Below are positions 61,301 to 64,000 of a DNA stretch of 64,000 bases, one piece after another. Positions within the stretch are counted from its first letter, which is position 1. Each line of letters begins with the position of its first letter. The position numbers were made by a program, and so were the translations under genes. The stretch comes from a candidate division FCPU426 bacterium (GTDB lineage Bacteria; Oederibacteriota; Muellerivitia; Muellerivitales; Muellerivitaceae): the NCBI GenBank assembly GCA_963796105.1, contig CAWCKJ010000003.1:160001-224000 (forward strand), given 5' to 3'. Below the pieces are notes generated by a model. The model was not told the origin of the DNA, searched no databases, and saw only the letters and a program-made list of their open reading frames with translations.

Positions 61301-63212
61301 ATTTACGCCAACCCCAAAAGCCACACCTGCTTATCCACCTGTAGTTTGGATTTCCGGAATTACATATCCAGGGGTCGTCACTGGTTATGTAATTTATAGG
61401 TCTAGCGATCCCAGTTTCCCTTCCAACAATACTCCAATTACAAATGTCACGGGTCCGGTGTCATTTATTCCTGATAATGGGGCAGTCTCGGGTTATACAA
61501 ATTACTATGAACTTTTAGCTAATGACACCAATCATATAAGCGTCAATCCGTTGCCAGGAACGGCCCCTGTGGTTTCCGTTGATGTTTGGCCAAACGTCCC
61601 CTCAAGCATGGCCTGCCAGCCAGCCAGCACATCAATAAACCTATCCTGGGCTGCCCCTATAGGAAACCTCGTTATTACGGGATATGAAATCCACCGCAGT
61701 ACCTGTCCAACCTGCCCCCAGACATTGTTGGCCACTGGCGTTTCCAAACCTACTTATCAGGACAACTTGGCGACGCCCCGCGTTCCATATTTTTATGAAG
61801 TCGATTCAGTGGCCTCAAACGGTCTTACGAGCGCTCAAAGCTCCGCTTCGGGTCTCGCTGTGTCTCCCGTATCATTGCAAAACACCCCATATGCCGCATC
61901 CAACAACCTGAATTGGTCGCCGGTTTCCGTTGCCACGCCTAGCAATATCACCGGATATGTTGTCTATCGAATGACTTTGCAAAATCCCGCCACCCAAATA
62001 CCCGTTTCTTTCACTTCTATATCGCCACTTTTGGAAGGAATCAATAATACGGTTTATGCTGATATTAATGTTACAGAAGCCACAACTTATGCTTATGAGG
62101 TGGCGCCGGCCGCATTGAATCCTGCCGGAGGCTATATTTTGGGTCCCTTCTCAAATGCCGTGACTCAATCGGTCTTTCCACAACCAGTGGCGGATTTGGA
62201 AGCCGCTTCAGGGGATGGAATTGTTCAATTGCGGTGGGATTACCAGGGAACAGCGGATAACGCCTTTACTTACACCATCATGCGGAAGCTTGGGGCCGCG
62301 CCGGATATCGACTATCAGGTTCTCAAATCTGGTTTTTCTGGGATCAATTACACTGACTCCCCTGTTCAAAACAAAACATTTTACGATTACGAAGTTATAG
62401 CCGCGGACGCGAATGGGCAGGCCTCAACAGCGCAATACGTAACCGCGTTACCGGCCAAACCGCCAATCGTCACTGATACCGCCGTTAGTTTGAGCCAAAG
62501 CCAAGGAGGAACAATCCAGGGAAACACCTTGATATGGTCTGCGGCTAATATGATGGTGACTGTCATAAATAATGGGGTGACTAGCGTCACTAGCAATGTC
62601 GAAAATTTTGACCCGGCTAACATGTATCCATTAGGGGGTTATTTGCTGTCTCGTTCCACCGACGGGGGTGGAATTTATACTTATACCCATATTATTTCCG
62701 CGCCGACACCCTCCAGCGGGGCAACAATAGGGCCGGCGGCAGTCACTTATTTTGACCCGGTCCAATTGGTTCAGGGAAACACGAATACTTATTTAATCCA
62801 AGCGTTCGACGCACCTCCTGATTTACCGCTTCCACTGGCGCAGGCTGTCACCCAAAGTTGGGTGCACCTTTCAAATTATAATTTGGTTACAGCGTATCCA
62901 CTGAACGCCGGAGCGGCTTTGGACCTAAACGCCATTCGTCCATTCGGCACCGCTACCAAAGTACACATTCGGTTTGTGGTCACGACACCCGGAAATGTGA
63001 ATATCAAGGTGTATGCCCTGAACGGTACTTTCATCAAGGAGTTGGTCAACCGATGGTTTACCAGCGGTGTTTATGGAACGCCTGATAGTCCTTATCCCTT
63101 GATTTGGGACGCTCGTAATATGAACGGGACTTTAGTGGCTTCCGGGGTTTATCTGATTACGGTTGAGGTTAACGGCCACCAGGAAATAGACAAGATCGCC
63201 GTCATCAAATAA
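58356..63212 (+). CDS. Large secreted FN3-repeat, Pro/Thr-rich protein with FlgD-Ig/T9SS-type C-terminal domain
   Basis: Signal peptide; repeated L.W..Y.IYR..Y.D..Y.Y.V.A units; TPTxTPT linkers; C-terminal VNIKVY..G..IKEL..WDARN..G..VASGVYL..KIAVIK. Confidence 0.85.
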   Translation: MKTLINPKLGIFFCAMNFYYYLCAAFFILGSLRGSLYAQLPPPGGLTGNVANGAVTLQWLPIPSASPTAYFIYRSLVENTATMTDTPPSTPSSPESPIDTFTITPTPSPITSVLAGTSSYIDYQVTNGRTYLYQVNAIDISGLGFPASVLVIPYGPAEAITQLTIQNNQHSGALDLYWGIPSSTYPVSIYQIFRYDVTTTPIFTPTLTNTPSNTPMAIMPPPQLTPWNTPTNSYTPTKTSTFTVTDTPTYTPTGTRSPTSTPTNLFPASAVLTLNPNPIAITSDNTYSDIPVPSSENYFYVVQAVDSQGNPGLLPTYAAGPAGVKYNLPPDPPVLMGFVPVTPTPTYGVQLYWNGPLASEGVTVYTLISNETPIATFTTPSPTMGYLDFKITESNNSGNPTTYQVVASSAVTSSNSNPIQLSISKSSLSGQPTVIPVVTANAVSLSWSDGVTGTYGLAGYWIFKALNGYPGTTGLSPTPTPIATVLETATPNLVYSWVDAPTPVNHMGYWVQPFDNALTGGIIGTPTILNLAPTPVSTVSAVNVVGGNNQVNVSWSGNAGPGFFGTPANYVIYRFYSTPTQTPTLTSIATVGYTQNNFNDFILVVTANPQVEYQVGVVDAFGNTSDLTAISNPVTTSNLGLPLQPTVLPLAGATNSLLYSWIQNPQSDQVDSYYLFGQDWPTLTATTTPTPVVNLVPSPTMSYSNPGSSWSSSIFYLLAHNSVGYSKPATLSGIPVPPYQVTAIPTSSQQVLVTWNLIPTPNAKTAVDGFNIYRSNISGAEFVSIGNASPAQTNFIDPNAQPGKNYFYRVTAKGHDVIGDELSESPLYPTPVAEAGFYSWPSTPMGLSAQGGINQTTLYWSYNPTDEFVTDYLIYKNGNLTPVLTVMATLSPTNTLAPASPSPTATITPTPNLTPLQTQTATITPSPTPTGYYVTLPDNAAQESSYQIVAQNIQGFSTPSNTVSILCDPIINPTAGLTPPQGFTPTPKATPAYPPVVWISGITYPGVVTGYVIYRSSDPSFPSNNTPITNVTGPVSFIPDNGAVSGYTNYYELLANDTNHISVNPLPGTAPVVSVDVWPNVPSSMACQPASTSINLSWAAPIGNLVITGYEIHRSTCPTCPQTLLATGVSKPTYQDNLATPRVPYFYEVDSVASNGLTSAQSSASGLAVSPVSLQNTPYAASNNLNWSPVSVATPSNITGYVVYRMTLQNPATQIPVSFTSISPLLEGINNTVYADINVTEATTYAYEVAPAALNPAGGYILGPFSNAVTQSVFPQPVADLEAASGDGIVQLRWDYQGTADNAFTYTIMRKLGAAPDIDYQVLKSGFSGINYTDSPVQNKTFYDYEVIAADANGQASTAQYVTALPAKPPIVTDTAVSLSQSQGGTIQGNTLIWSAANMMVTVINNGVTSVTSNVENFDPANMYPLGGYLLSRSTDGGGIYTYTHIISAPTPSSGATIGPAAVTYFDPVQLVQGNTNTYLIQAFDAPPDLPLPLAQAVTQSWVHLSNYNLVTAYPLNAGAALDLNAIRPFGTATKVHIRFVVTTPGNVNIKVYALNGTFIKELVNRWFTSGVYGTPDSPYPLIWDARNMNGTLVASGVYLITVEVNGHQEIDKIAVIK

Positions 63213-63224
63213 TAAAATATCCAT

Positions 63225-63992
63225 TTGGTTAAGTTTGATGGGCTCATCATGATTTTCAACCCAAGAAATCTTATCCGTGATTATTTGACCGACTTCATCT
63301 TTCCGAAAGTCTGTCAAAATTGCGGAAATTATTTCAAGGAAGGATTGTCCAATATTCTTTGCCGATCTTGTTTCGATTCCATTCTCCCCTACGAAGATCC
63401 CGTTTGCAATCATTGCGGTGTTTCTCTGCCCATAAGAGGATTTGAGTCCGCCGTCAATATCAGATGCCGTGATTGCGGCGAAGGGAATTATCATTTGGAT
63501 TTTGTCCGTTCCTTGGGTGCTTATGAGGGCCCCATTCGAATCATCCACCACGCCTTCAAGTTTGAGGGGATGGAAAGACTTAAAACGCCGGTCGCTGATA
63601 AAATAGTTAAACATGTGCCTCATTTTTTTTGGAATAACGTGGAGGCCTTAGTGCCAGTTCCTCTTAGCTCCGAAAAGGAAAGGGAAAGAGGATATAATCC
63701 CTCTGATTTGCTGTCAGAAGAAATTTCGCGTAGAATCGGCATACCCGTAATAAAGATCTTGCGAAAAGTTAAACCCACGCCTCCCCAAATGTCGTTAGAA
63801 AGAACTGAACGTTTGAAAAACCCCCGGAACGCTTTCGCTATTGATAATTCAATGATGATGCCAAAGAAAATTATAATGATTGACGATGTTTATACGACAG
63901 GATCGACTTTGGAGGAATGCGCTCGAATTTTAAAAATGTCCGCTGATATTTGGGTTGGCGCTCTTGTTTTCGGGCGCACTCCCCGTCGTTGA
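63225..63992 (+). CDS. comF: ComF family phosphoribosyltransferase with double zinc ribbon
   Basis: CxxC x4, VPVPL, ERGYN, IDDVYTTGSTL. Confidence 0.93.
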   Translation: MVKFDGLIMIFNPRNLIRDYLTDFIFPKVCQNCGNYFKEGLSNILCRSCFDSILPYEDPVCNHCGVSLPIRGFESAVNIRCRDCGEGNYHLDFVRSLGAYEGPIRIIHHAFKFEGMERLKTPVADKIVKHVPHFFWNNVEALVPVPLSSEKERERGYNPSDLLSEEISRRIGIPVIKILRKVKPTPPQMSLERTERLKNPRNAFAIDNSMMMPKKIIMIDDVYTTGSTLEECARILKMSADIWVGALVFGRTPRR

Positions 63993-64000
63993 TTGCGGCA

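Overview
Chromosomal window from a diderm (LPS-making) bacterium; nearly all genes are on the + strand. The Pro/Thr-rich FN3 surface protein, F1-type Che proteins and LpxC-FabZ fusion suggest a poorly studied lineage (FCPU426/Elusimicrobiota-like; a guess, not determinable here). Contents in order: valS-nadC-birA-coaX; a degenerate DUF2723-like membrane/TPR protein; a ~17 kb cluster with PilT fused to TPRs, a TsaP-like protein, CheR, two TPR scaffolds, an MshEN-CheW fusion, an atypical P-II protein, cheY/C/D/W/Y/B/A/C and a catalytically dead GGDEF protein, with no chemoreceptor in the window; dprA-topA-argB-nrdR-DUF1015; a ~5.5 kb accessory island in which an HUH/Y1 (RAYT-like) transposase sits between perfect 28-bp inverted repeats, abutted by four stacked tandem-repeat arrays and followed by two paralogous secreted proteins and a SpoIID-like ORF that breaks off into further tandem repeats; yjbQ, a ferredoxin, tmRNA with a duplicated 3' end; nadB; skp-lpxD-lpxC/fabZ-lpxA-lpxI; lptFG; a 2017-aa SprA/Sov-like outer-membrane protein next to a 1618-aa FN3 protein with a T9SS-like C-terminal domain; comF. 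The best candidates for undescribed systems are the receptor-less P-II/c-di-GMP/type IV pilus chemosensory cluster, the TIR-bounded HUH transposase with repeat arrays, and the T9SS-like pair. All calls are from motif recognition by eye; no searches were run.
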